A stretch of DNA of 61,089 bases, the filler included. It is 7 parts of 7 records of this genome, joined end to end, with 100 filler letters (N's around TTAATTAATTAA, not from the genome) between each part and the next. Parts side by side here need not be neighbours in the genome. Positions count along the whole stretch, not along the records: positions 41,505 to 49,157 come from SRR31156797_16606; positions 49,258 to 54,764 come from SRR31156797_16608; positions 54,865 to 61,089 come from SRR31156797_16613; 4 more parts are not named here. One strand, written 5' to 3'. Of the stretch, positions 48,501 to 56,583 are shown in pieces. Position 1 is the first letter of the stretch. The number at the start of each line of letters is the position of its first letter. The notes beneath the pieces were generated by a model, which saw only the letters and a list, made by a program, of their open reading frames with translations, made no database searches and was not told where the DNA came from. The position numbers and the translations under genes are program-made.

Positions 48501-49156
48501 GTTCCGGTAATGCGAATATTATCAAGCGCAATATCTTCATCTGCGGAGGTGAGCCCCCCGAATTCGATCTTGATATCGATCAACGAACCGGTTCCGGTAA
48601 TACTTGCTGTGAATTCGGCAAATGCTGATGTGATCTCAGTGCCTTCGCCATTACCATCAAAATTTGTATCGATCTGAGGAGCGGTGTTATATGTCGTGCC
48701 GTCATTTTCAACCCAAAGAAGGTTGGTGAATGTGCCGGAATTGTCAATATCATATGAAATGTGCATATAATCGCCGGAATCCCAATCCTGGTTGGAACCG
48801 TCATCGCCCTCTGCAAGATAGATGCTGAATTCCAGATCGGTGTTATTTGAAATATCGACATCGTCTATGTTTAAATAAAATGGCGGTGTGCCTGAATTAC
48901 CATCAATATCTTGTGCGGCAAAAAAGTAAGATCCCTGGGGATTGGTAAATGAATCTGTGACATCGGTACCGTCCGTCCGTTCAAAATAGGTATCACCATC
49001 TACACCGAATTCGGTCACGGAAGTGCTATATCCACCCGAGGTCTCAAAATCAAGATTCAAAATATAAGATGGAGCGGCTGTGGTTGCTTTGGATTGTGAA
49101 ATCAGCGGCCGGTCAGTTTTATAATCGATATTTGATCCGGAGTTGGTATAAGCCCA
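45536..49156 (-). CDS. Large secreted protein with FN3-like repeats, two lamin-tail domains and a T9SS-type C-terminal sorting domain (5'-truncated)
   Basis: IFISEV..FVEFYN and IIISEM..WFEIYN (LTD); duplicated LxW...YYYxAW modules; ALPVTL; C-terminal FPNPFNP...LSTGVY..KIALMK; frame stays open to the contig edge. Confidence 0.88.
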   Translation of the reverse strand, partial: WAYTNSGSNIDYKTDRPLISQSKATTAAPSYILNLDFETSGGYSTSVTEFGVDGDTYFERTDGTDVTDSFTNPQGSYFFAAQDIDGNSGTPPFYLNIDDVDISNNTDLEFSIYLAEGDDGSNQDWDSGDYMHISYDIDNSGTFTNLLWVENDGTTYNTAPQIDTNFDGNGEGTEITSAFAEFTASITGTGSLIDIKIEFGGLTSADEDIALDNIRITGTAAATSVDNPTNFQANASGSDLIELEWTKNASGDNVMIVYDLDNTFTDPVDGTTYSVSSSALGGTVIYNSSGTMTSHESLTSDTHYYYKAWSVDGSNNYSSGVSDDISTLKAEASNHVASFAGSSDHNSVTLTWTDNDGAVVADNYRIKASSTSLAAISDPIDGDDLSGDSDLSDGSANVTVAHGVQTYEFSGLSAESTYYFKIWPITNSGNDLDYKTDGTIPSVTQATTEAPAGPIIFISEVSDPSDVANAKFVEFYNAGGSSVDFSADSWYIARQANGGTWADIALTGTIAAGGTYVIAYNQTTFETEFAPTTADQYHGSISGNGDDGYFLYSGGDHSSGTLVDAYGVIDQDGSGYDWEYLDAVAVRNSSISEPNTTWTSSEWTITDPGNVADCTPGSHTVSAPTVDSPGSFAASAASASQINLSWTLNGNSDTVLVVYDTDGSFTDPVDATDYTVSSSALGGTVIYKGVGTSFNHTGLSGATHYYYRAWSLDGSTSYSNSVSADETTVTAEPSNHVTSFSASSTSSSITLTWSDNDGAIAAHDFLIKASSSSFVAISDPTDASTVSDDTDLSDGSGAINVTHGTQTYTWTGLNASTTYYFKIYPYTNSGSNIDYKTDGLIPSGSQATSAPVKIIISEMMINPDAVGDVNGEWFEIYNAGTETVNIDGWTLSDDGTDSHTIDNGGTLNIAANAFLVLGIDSSSVTNGDYPCDYKYSNFSLANGGDEIIIKDGSTEIDRVAYDDGTNWPIPVGASAVFTGTDTDDNNLYGNWGTATLRQNNYNGETGDKGSPGTKGNDQALPVTLELFTAEYVNGVITLNWTTESETDNACFLVYRNEEIIASIDGAGTTSERNTYSITDPFIIPGMTYTYVLADLSYANIETRHTDMAITIMAGQEASAMSYSIGKAFPNPFNPATLIPVNLATEKYVMADLYDLKGRKIRNLINQNMNAGSHELYIDGRDLSTGVYVVRILVDEQLQIQKIALMK

Positions 49157-49157
49157 G

Positions 49158-49257
49158 NNNNNNNNNNNNNNNNNNNNNNNNNNNNNNNNNNNNNNNNNNN
49201 NTTAATTAATTAANNNNNNNNNNNNNNNNNNNNNNNNNNNNNNNNNNNNNNNNNNNN
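49158..49257. other. Artificial contig spacer
   Basis: N run with TTAATTAATTAA. Confidence 0.98.
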
Positions 49258-49887
49258 CCCGGAGCCCATGCCTCTCTGATCACGAACATGAGCCCGCTGA
49301 TCATGCCCTTTGTCATGTATTTTCTGATCAGGGAGAGGATAACCCCCGTCGAGATCATAGGAAGCATCCTGACCCTGGGCGGTTCCTTCTATCTGGGAGC
49401 CAAGGATTACGGCTTCGCCTCGGAGTACCTCAAGGGAGACCTGCTCTGCTTCATCTGTATGATCTTCGTAACCCTCTATCTGGCTTTCGCCAGAAAGAAC
49501 AGGAAAAACACGGCCCTGTGGTTCTATATGGTCCCCCTCTATCTGACGGGGGGTATCGTCTGTATGACGATTGCCGCGGCAACGGGCGCTGACTTCCAGA
49601 TCCGGGGAGAAGGGAGCTGGGTCTCCGTGCTGGGGCTTTCCCTTGTCTGCACTGTGGGAGGCCACTCCATCAACAACTACGGCATGAGAAGGCTCAGGGG
49701 GCAGCTGATGGCTCTTCTGAACCTCACCCAGATCCTCTTCGCGGCCCTCCTCTCCTATATATTCTTTGCGGAGCGCCCTTCCGCGTACTTCTACCCTGCC
49801 GCCCTGTTGATCCTGTCCGGCCCCCTCCTTGTCATCCTTGAGAAATACCGGCGGGATAGGGAAAGAGAAGAGGCAAGACAGCCATGA
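49258..49887 (+). CDS. EamA/DMT family transporter (5'-truncated)
   Basis: TM-rich; FLIRER, GDLL, CTVGGHSINNY, FAE motifs; stop overlaps the next ATG (ATGA). Confidence 0.85.
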   Translation, partial: PGAHASLITNMSPLIMPFVMYFLIRERITPVEIIGSILTLGGSFYLGAKDYGFASEYLKGDLLCFICMIFVTLYLAFARKNRKNTALWFYMVPLYLTGGIVCMTIAAATGADFQIRGEGSWVSVLGLSLVCTVGGHSINNYGMRRLRGQLMALLNLTQILFAALLSYIFFAERPSAYFYPAALLILSGPLLVILEKYRRDREREEARQP

Positions 49888-51206
49888 AAACGGGTTTGTG
49901 GAAATTCCTGCGCAACCGATACCTCCATGACAGAAGCTGGTATAAACTGGATAACGCCGGAAAGATCTATCCCGCGCTGATCTCGAAGCGCTACACAAGC
50001 CTTTACCGCCTGAGCCTTAACCTGAAGGAGCCCGTATCCCTTCCCCTTCTGAGGCGGGCTCTTAAGGATGTGATGCCCCGCTTCCCCTACTATCAGGTCT
50101 GCCTCAGGCAGGGATTCTTCTGGTATTTCCTTGAGACCAATCCGAGAAGGGTTCCCGTTGAGGGGGACTCCTTCTCCCCCTGTATGGACTTCCCCCTGAA
50201 GAAGCGGGGAATGTTCCTCTTTCGGATCCGCATCTACAAAACGAGGATCGCCGTTGAATTCTCCCACATACTGACCGACGGAACGGGCGCCCTGATCTTC
50301 CTGAAAACCCTGACCGCCCGCTATCTCAGGCTCAAGGGGATTCCCGTGGAGGCCGATGAGGCTTTCGGAATACTGGATATAGATTCATCTCCCGATCCCG
50401 AGGAGTTCGACGACGCCTTCCAGAAAAACTTCAACCGCCGTCTGCCCGAGTCCAAAAGGGGCGTACCCGCCTACCATATCAGGGAGAAACTCCTTCCCCA
50501 GGGCAAATACAATATCATCACCGGAATCATGTCGGTACAGGAACTGAAGGAGCAGTCCTCGTCCTTCGGCATCAGCCTGGGAGAGTATCTGACCGCCAGA
50601 CTGATCGAAGCCTTCCAGTCCTATATGAACGCGCCTGAACGGGAAGGGGAGAAAAAGAAGCCCATACGAATGAACGTTCCGGTTAACCTGAGGGGGCTTT
50701 ATCCCTCCAAGTCCATGAGGAATTTCTTCCTGTCCGTGGAGCCCTGGATCGATCCCCGCCTGGGAGACTACGACTTCCCGGAGATCTGCGCCAAGGTCCA
50801 TCACTATATGCGCTATGAGGTGGATCAGAAATTCCTGAATCAGCAGATAACCCGAAACGTCAAGGGGGAGCTGAAGCTTCTGAACCGGCTCTTTCCCCTG
50901 TTTACGAAGAATATGTTTCTTCCCGCGGTCTACAGGCTTCTGGGGGAGAACAACTACACAAGCGGCTTCAGCAACCTGGGACGGATAGGCCTTCCTCCGG
51001 CCATGGAGGAGCATGTGGAGAGTTTCGACTTCTATCCCCCTCCCAGTACGGGGAACAAGCTCAAATGCACGGCCCTCAGCTACAAGGGAGAGATGAGGGT
51101 CAGCTTCGGAAGCCTGATTGAGTCGACCGAGATTGAAAGGCTGTTTTTCTGTGCCCTGAGAAAGGGGGGAGTCCGTGTCAGAATCGAAAGCAACCGCTTC
51201 CATTGA
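49884..51206 (+). CDS. Alcohol-acetyltransferase/condensation-like CoA-dependent acyltransferase
   Basis: WYKLDNAGKIYP, GFFWYFLE, catalytic HILTDG (HxxxDG), PVNLR..YPS.SMRNF, FSNLG. Confidence 0.82.
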   Translation: MKTGLWKFLRNRYLHDRSWYKLDNAGKIYPALISKRYTSLYRLSLNLKEPVSLPLLRRALKDVMPRFPYYQVCLRQGFFWYFLETNPRRVPVEGDSFSPCMDFPLKKRGMFLFRIRIYKTRIAVEFSHILTDGTGALIFLKTLTARYLRLKGIPVEADEAFGILDIDSSPDPEEFDDAFQKNFNRRLPESKRGVPAYHIREKLLPQGKYNIITGIMSVQELKEQSSSFGISLGEYLTARLIEAFQSYMNAPEREGEKKKPIRMNVPVNLRGLYPSKSMRNFFLSVEPWIDPRLGDYDFPEICAKVHHYMRYEVDQKFLNQQITRNVKGELKLLNRLFPLFTKNMFLPAVYRLLGENNYTSGFSNLGRIGLPPAMEEHVESFDFYPPPSTGNKLKCTALSYKGEMRVSFGSLIESTEIERLFFCALRKGGVRVRIESNRFH

Positions 51207-51273
51207 AGGCCGGCCCTATTCGAAATAATCGCCAAAGCTCCGGTAGGGCTTTGGCTGGATAAGGAGATTTGAT

Positions 51274-51990
51274 ATGCCCTACTGTTCACGCTGCGGAGTC
51301 GAGGTAAACAAGGAGGCGCAGAAATGCCCCCTGTGCAACTCGCCTATCCAGAAGTTCGCCGACGATATCGCACCGGGACGGACCTTTCCCACTGACGAGC
51401 TGCCTCCCCGCAGACCGCCCCAGCTGACCTTGAAAGAGAAGCTGCGCCTGGCGGCGGTGATAACGACCTTTGCCATGCTGATCCCCATGCTCATTACCCT
51501 GGCCGTAGACCTTACCCTCAATGCCCGGATCAGCTGGTCCTGGTATCCCCTGATCAGTCTGACCGTCTGTCTGTTCATCGTTCTGACGGCCTTGCGTGCC
51601 TACAAGCATCCGAGGCAGCTGATATGGGGAGACGTACTGATCTGCTCGGCGGGTTTGCTGATGATGTACGGCCTGGGACTGATACCCGGAACAGCCGTCA
51701 GGGTGGGCATACCTATCTCTGTGTTCGCCGGCATAAGCAGCCATATGGCCGTAGCCTTTTCCGGCCGCACCGCCAGAAAGGGAAGCAATATAGGCGCGTA
51801 CGTCCTGTTGGCCATAGGACTGTTCTGCATTCTGACCGAGCTTTGGATTGACCTTATCCTTTACGGCGTTCCTCAGCCGGGCTGGTCACTGATCGTTCTG
51901 GGAGCCACCCAGCCCGTCACCCTGATCCTGCTCTACCTTCACTACAGAAAAAAGAAGGACGGCCCCCTGAAAAAGTACTTCCACATCTGA
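51274..51990 (+). CDS. Zinc-ribbon membrane protein (DUF6320-like)
   Basis: YCSRCGV...CPLC N-terminal ribbon, WSWYP, about 6 TM helices, C-terminal KKYFHI. Confidence 0.75.
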   Translation: MPYCSRCGVEVNKEAQKCPLCNSPIQKFADDIAPGRTFPTDELPPRRPPQLTLKEKLRLAAVITTFAMLIPMLITLAVDLTLNARISWSWYPLISLTVCLFIVLTALRAYKHPRQLIWGDVLICSAGLLMMYGLGLIPGTAVRVGIPISVFAGISSHMAVAFSGRTARKGSNIGAYVLLAIGLFCILTELWIDLILYGVPQPGWSLIVLGATQPVTLILLYLHYRKKKDGPLKKYFHI

Positions 51991-52019
51991 AAGTGGGCGG
52001 AAACCCTTAAACGGGGGGA

Positions 52020-53189
52020 TCAGGATTCTGTCTTTTCCGCCTCGGAAGCTTCCTTCTCAGTCTCTTCCTCCGAAGGAGGGTCTCCGATAAACTTCTCCTT
52101 TTTGGAGATCTCCTTCTCGGCGCCGCTTATCTCCTTTTTCAGGACCCGGATCTCCTGACGCCGTGCCTGGATCTCCTCCTCCAGGGTTTCGATCTTGGAG
52201 CTCATATATTCACGGTCTTTCTTCAGCTTATCCACATCCCTGCGGGCTTCCCATTTATCGATATCCAGATTGAGCTGAATGGCCCCTTCGGTCAGGGCGT
52301 CGATCTCCCGGATGGCCTCTTTCACCTCGGGAAGGTCCTTCCAGGCGTCGGGGGTTCCTCCCGTAACGGCCTCCCCCCACTTCTGAAGGGCCTCGTTCAG
52401 GCGCAGGTCTTCGCTCTCTTTCTCCTTGTTCAGGAACTCCACTCTCTTTTTGGGGCCTCTGACCCCGCTCAACTCTTTCAACCTTTCCCGGTTGAGGGTT
52501 CGCTCTTCCTCAAGAGCCTGCTCTTTCACAATCAGGTCCTGCCACTCCCTGTCAGCCCTGAAGAAGGGGGCCAGCAGCTCGGCGTCCTTGCCCTCCCCCT
52601 TGCCGGCGCCCATTTTCAGAGCGTCGCTCAGACAATTCTGATAAAGCTTCGAAAGGGAGTGCTCCATACTTTTCTTTCTGGTTTTCAGGACGGACATCCG
52701 GCTCTTCCTGAGGATTCCCTTGAAAAGGTTCTTCTCCCGCGCCTGACTCTCTACCTGATAGATCTCCGACTCACTGTCTCTGATCCTGGAGATATTCTGA
52801 ACAAGGGGATCGAAGGCCGCCTTCCAGGGGACATCCAGATCCTGGGAGTTGATAAGATGGTAGAGCTCTTCTCCCAGGGTTTCCTGAAGCAGGGAGAGGT
52901 TATCCTGACAGATCTTCTTTTTATCCTTCAGACCGGACTCGGACTCCCGGATACCCGCGAAGGCGCTTTCCAGCTCTTCAATCTCTGCGATCTGCTGATC
53001 CATCAGAGAGATCCGTCCGGCGATCTCCTCCGAGGCCTTCCGGTACTCCTCCATGGGGGAGTCTCCTTCAGGTGTTTCGGCCTCATTCAGGAGGAACAGC
53101 CCCAGTTCCCTGCAGACGGCGGTTCTGGCACTCAGATTTTTCTCAACCTCCCCGCGCAGTTCTTCAATTCTCAGTTCAAATTCGGACAT
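52020..53189 (-). CDS. Hypothetical coiled-coil protein
   Basis: 389-aa E/K-rich helical ORF with an AGGAAAGG RBS; no motif recognised. Confidence 0.75.
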   Translation of the reverse strand: MSEFELRIEELRGEVEKNLSARTAVCRELGLFLLNEAETPEGDSPMEEYRKASEEIAGRISLMDQQIAEIEELESAFAGIRESESGLKDKKKICQDNLSLLQETLGEELYHLINSQDLDVPWKAAFDPLVQNISRIRDSESEIYQVESQAREKNLFKGILRKSRMSVLKTRKKSMEHSLSKLYQNCLSDALKMGAGKGEGKDAELLAPFFRADREWQDLIVKEQALEEERTLNRERLKELSGVRGPKKRVEFLNKEKESEDLRLNEALQKWGEAVTGGTPDAWKDLPEVKEAIREIDALTEGAIQLNLDIDKWEARRDVDKLKKDREYMSSKIETLEEEIQARRQEIRVLKKEISGAEKEISKKEKFIGDPPSEEETEKEASEAEKTES

Positions 53190-53240
53190 ACCTTTCCTCC
53201 CCGCTCAGCGGATTCTACCTATAACATAAGAATTTCAGGC

Positions 53241-54476
53241 TCAATTATCAAGGATCGTGATTTCCACGCGCCTGTTTTTCCTCCGTCCCTCTTCGGTATC
53301 GTTGTCTCCCACAGGCTCGCGGGAGCCTTTGCCCTGAACCACCATGCGGCTGCTCTCCCGCACCCCTTCCTTCAGGAAAAAGGCGGCCACGGCGGCGGCC
53401 CGGTCCTCAGAAAGCTGCTGTCCCTGATCGGCAGGGCCTCCGGGGATCCTGGCCGTATGGCCGGTGATAAGAAGATCATGCTCTGAGAACTTCAGGAGGA
53501 TATCCTTCAGTTCGATAAGAACAGACTCTTCCCCGGGCAGAAACTCAGCCGAATCGGGTACGAAATGAATATCGTCCAGGGTCAGTACGATCCCTTCGTC
53601 ACTGAGGGAGACCGAGACGTCCTCGATCTCCTGGGCGGCCTCTTCGATCTCCTCCCGCGCGTCCTCGCGATTCCAGAGCTCCGCCTCGATGACCTTGCCC
53701 GTGGTACGTCCCTTGAAGGTATAATTCTGCCCCGAAGCCATGGCATAGCGGATGGAGAACTCGCCCTCCTCGGCGGCCGGGATGCCCGCGGCCGGATCCC
53801 AGAGATAACGCAGCTTGAAGTCTCCCGACAGCTCAACGGGGATGTCCACTCCCGGAGGGGGCAGTCTGTCAGCAGGAAGCCCGCTGAGAGAGACTCCATA
53901 CATGAAATGATAGCTGATGCGGATCACCTCTACAGGACGCCCCTCGTATTCTTCCGGCCCTTCATAGGTATAAAAGACCCGGAAGGGGATATGGAGCCTG
54001 TAATCTACACCAAAAATAGGTTTCAGATCGTGGACCTCCTCGGCTGGCATGGACCAGGAGTCGCCGGGGGCTATATCCTTGCCTTGAAAGGTCGGGATGT
54101 TCCGAACCGGAGGAAGATAGTCATCCGCAGGAATTTCCCCATAGAGACCAGAAACGCTTCTTCTGAATGAGGTCGTCTCCTCCCGGCTGTAGATGTAAAG
54201 ATTCGTATCCAGAGACTTTTCCGAAATGCCGTAGCTCACTTCGAGCTCAGCCCCCTCTTCATCGGCTTCGATGACCCTGACGCCTATTCGATTCAGAAAT
54301 TCCGACTGCCTGATGGGCTCATCATCCAGCCAGATCCCCTGGGTCACCTCGGAGATGATTCTATAGGCGTCTCCCGGCTCTTGAACGAAGCGGAGTTCCA
54401 GTGCTGAGACAGGTAGAGAGGCTATCACAAAAACGAACAGTAATATTCGTATTTTACTGCAGAGAACTGCGTTCAT
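53241..54476 (-). CDS. OmpA-family (C-terminal peptidoglycan-binding domain) exported protein
   Basis: Signal peptide; C-terminal IHF..DSA, GHTA, LSEDRA..V, G.G...P, NRRVEI; start reassigned to MNAVLC. Confidence 0.85.
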   Translation of the reverse strand: MNAVLCSKIRILLFVFVIASLPVSALELRFVQEPGDAYRIISEVTQGIWLDDEPIRQSEFLNRIGVRVIEADEEGAELEVSYGISEKSLDTNLYIYSREETTSFRRSVSGLYGEIPADDYLPPVRNIPTFQGKDIAPGDSWSMPAEEVHDLKPIFGVDYRLHIPFRVFYTYEGPEEYEGRPVEVIRISYHFMYGVSLSGLPADRLPPPGVDIPVELSGDFKLRYLWDPAAGIPAAEEGEFSIRYAMASGQNYTFKGRTTGKVIEAELWNREDAREEIEEAAQEIEDVSVSLSDEGIVLTLDDIHFVPDSAEFLPGEESVLIELKDILLKFSEHDLLITGHTARIPGGPADQGQQLSEDRAAAVAAFFLKEGVRESSRMVVQGKGSREPVGDNDTEEGRRKNRRVEITILDN

Positions 54477-54764
54477 AAGACCCCCGATTGTTGACAAACA
54501 AACAGCCACCATTATATTGTAATTATTATTCAGAATTTCGGAAAAAGGACAGTCTTTTTTTTTCCGGAGAACGGTTGAATCCTTGGCGAGATTCCAATCA
54601 GCATTATGTCTGGTTTTGAGTATTTCCATACAATTTCAAGTCCTCCGGTATGCATACGGGAACGCCGGGCCCGAAGCAGCTGTCCCTCATCGGGATTCTG
54701 TATGACCTGGCCGCCTGGAGGCGGCACAATTTTCTACAGGAGACATCAGTCATGGGTAAACTGG

Positions 54765-54864
54765 NNNNNNNNNNNNNNNNNNNNNNNNNNNNNNNNNNNN
54801 NNNNNNNNTTAATTAATTAANNNNNNNNNNNNNNNNNNNNNNNNNNNNNNNNNNNNNNNNNNNN
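54765..54864. other. Artificial contig spacer
   Basis: N run with TTAATTAATTAA. Confidence 0.98.
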
Positions 54865-56094
54865 AAAGATCATATCTGGCAGATCGATGCCAGAGCTTAT
54901 GGTTCATACGTGCAAGGTTCGGAAGAAGCGATCTCCGAAACGCAGCAATCCTCTTCTCACCTTTACCAACGCCCTGACGCCGATTGGGTAACCTACGATT
55001 CTACCAGTACATCCCTTGCCGGCCATGGCGGATCGGTCCGTGTTGGAAAATTCGGCGGGCAGTACCGTGCTGCCATGAAAGTCCAGTGGAAATCACCCGG
55101 ACTCGAATTGAACGATATCGGATTTGTGGGCGGCACGGATGAGATCAGACAAAATATCTGGTTAAGCTGGCGCAAAACGGAGCCGTTTTCAATTTTCAAC
55201 AGGATCTTTATCAACCTTACTCAATGGAATAATTTTAATTTCGGTGGACTGCATGAAAATTCGGGGATCAACCTTTCCACCCACGTCCAGTTCAAGAATC
55301 GTATGGGCATGGATCTGGGATTAGAATATAATTCCGCCGAGCTAAGCTCTACTCACCTGCGCGGTGGGCCACGCCTTAAGATCCCGGGCTGCTTTTTTCA
55401 TTGGCTCTGGTTCGGCACTGATTATACCAAGGATTTTTATACCTCGGTTTTATATGTCGGTGGATATAATCCTTCAAAACAATATTATCATTACGAGCTT
55501 GAGGGTGACCTGAACTGGAAGATCAATCAATATGTCAACACCTTCATATTTTGGGACTGGAACAAACAGCAGAATACCATGCAATATGTCTCTGAAGTTG
55601 ATATGAACGGCGAAAACAGGTATATCCTGTCCCGCTTGAATTCGGTTTCAACCAGTCTGCAATTGGGCCTTAACGTGAACCTGACGCCCAACATGTCCCT
55701 TGAATATCGCGGACGGCCTTACTTTATGAGCGGCAAATACAGCAATTTCAAGGTTGTGACTGATGGCGACAATGATGTATATGAAGATCGCTTCGATCGC
55801 TTTACCGACAACATCACGCTGACAGACGGAACCTATGCCTGCGATGAAGATCGCGATCTAGTCAACGATTACTGGTTCGATAATCCCGATTTTGTTTACG
55901 GTTCGTTCCAATCCAACCTTGTCTTTCGCTGGGAATATCAGCCCGGATCGACCCTCTATCTTGTCTGGTCACACAACAACGCCTTCAGCAATGGAGACAA
56001 TGTGTTGAGCCTTCCCGACAATATCAGGGAATTGAATGATGAAATACCGCAGAATGTTTTGTTGGTGAAAGTTTCATACCGATTAGGCAGATAA
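54865..56094 (+). CDS. Outer-membrane beta-barrel protein, DUF5916-like C-terminal part (5'-truncated)
   Basis: SPGLELNDIGF, LRGGP, SNLVFRWEYQPGSTLYLVWS, NVLLVKVSY; frame open from the contig start. Confidence 0.8.
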   Translation, partial: KDHIWQIDARAYGSYVQGSEEAISETQQSSSHLYQRPDADWVTYDSTSTSLAGHGGSVRVGKFGGQYRAAMKVQWKSPGLELNDIGFVGGTDEIRQNIWLSWRKTEPFSIFNRIFINLTQWNNFNFGGLHENSGINLSTHVQFKNRMGMDLGLEYNSAELSSTHLRGGPRLKIPGCFFHWLWFGTDYTKDFYTSVLYVGGYNPSKQYYHYELEGDLNWKINQYVNTFIFWDWNKQQNTMQYVSEVDMNGENRYILSRLNSVSTSLQLGLNVNLTPNMSLEYRGRPYFMSGKYSNFKVVTDGDNDVYEDRFDRFTDNITLTDGTYACDEDRDLVNDYWFDNPDFVYGSFQSNLVFRWEYQPGSTLYLVWSHNNAFSNGDNVLSLPDNIRELNDEIPQNVLLVKVSYRLGR

Positions 56095-56137
56095 TCGCAA
56101 GATTTTGCATTTCAAATGATACACAATAAATAATGAT

Positions 56138-56276
56138 ATTAGTAGCCCCGTGCTTTAGCACGGGGTTTTGTTTAATATAACTATGGGTTTCAACCCATAG
56201 TTTTCCTGCGCAAAAGCGGGTTAAAACCCGAACAAAAACAAAATATCACCCCGGCATAAATACCGGGGCTACTAAT
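56138..56276. repeat. REPIN/MITE-like composite element with 13-bp terminal inverted repeats and four hairpins
   Basis: ATTAGTAGCCCCG ... CGGGGCTACTAAT; terminal CCCCG hairpins; inner GGGTTTCAACCC / GGGTTAAAACCC pair. Confidence 0.75.
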
Positions 56277-56314
56277 TGACAATACATAAATTGATTAGGT
56301 GTAATATTTCTTAT

Positions 56315-56339
56315 GTAGGGACGAAAAATCTTTCGTCCC
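56315..56339 (+). repeat. GTAG-type REP-like hairpin
   Basis: GTAGGGACGAAA-AATC-TTTCGTCCC. Confidence 0.6.
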
Positions 56340-56583
56340 AAGAAAGCATAACAGTTCAATATATATTTAACTCCTACAGGGTTGTTATTATGAGCGAAAT
56401 TTATACTACTATATTCGACTCCTTCGGAGTCTTATTAATATCATGATCACTAAGAATAGATCTCTCCACTCCTCCGCCAGCTGGCGGATTCGGTCGAGAT
56501 GACAGTGTTGGGGGCGCTGATTGATCCGGTCGAGATGATAGATTTTTTATACTGACGCCCGACCCCAGACTCCCGGGTTCGCT

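Noticed and set aside
54663-54680. SRP-like GAAGCAGC motif
   Set aside because: The CAGG-stem-GNRA part of domain IV is missing.
54606-54764. ORF MSGFEYF... in the track
   Set aside because: No RBS or protein-like features; an AGGAG plus ATG at 54752 in another frame is the better gene start.
8112-54864. TTAATTAATTAA occurring six times
   Set aside because: Always centred in a 100-nt N run, so it is an artificial six-frame-stop linker.
56095-56583. Possible CRISPR array among the intergenic palindromes
   Set aside because: No identical direct repeats with regular unique spacers, and no cas genes in the window.
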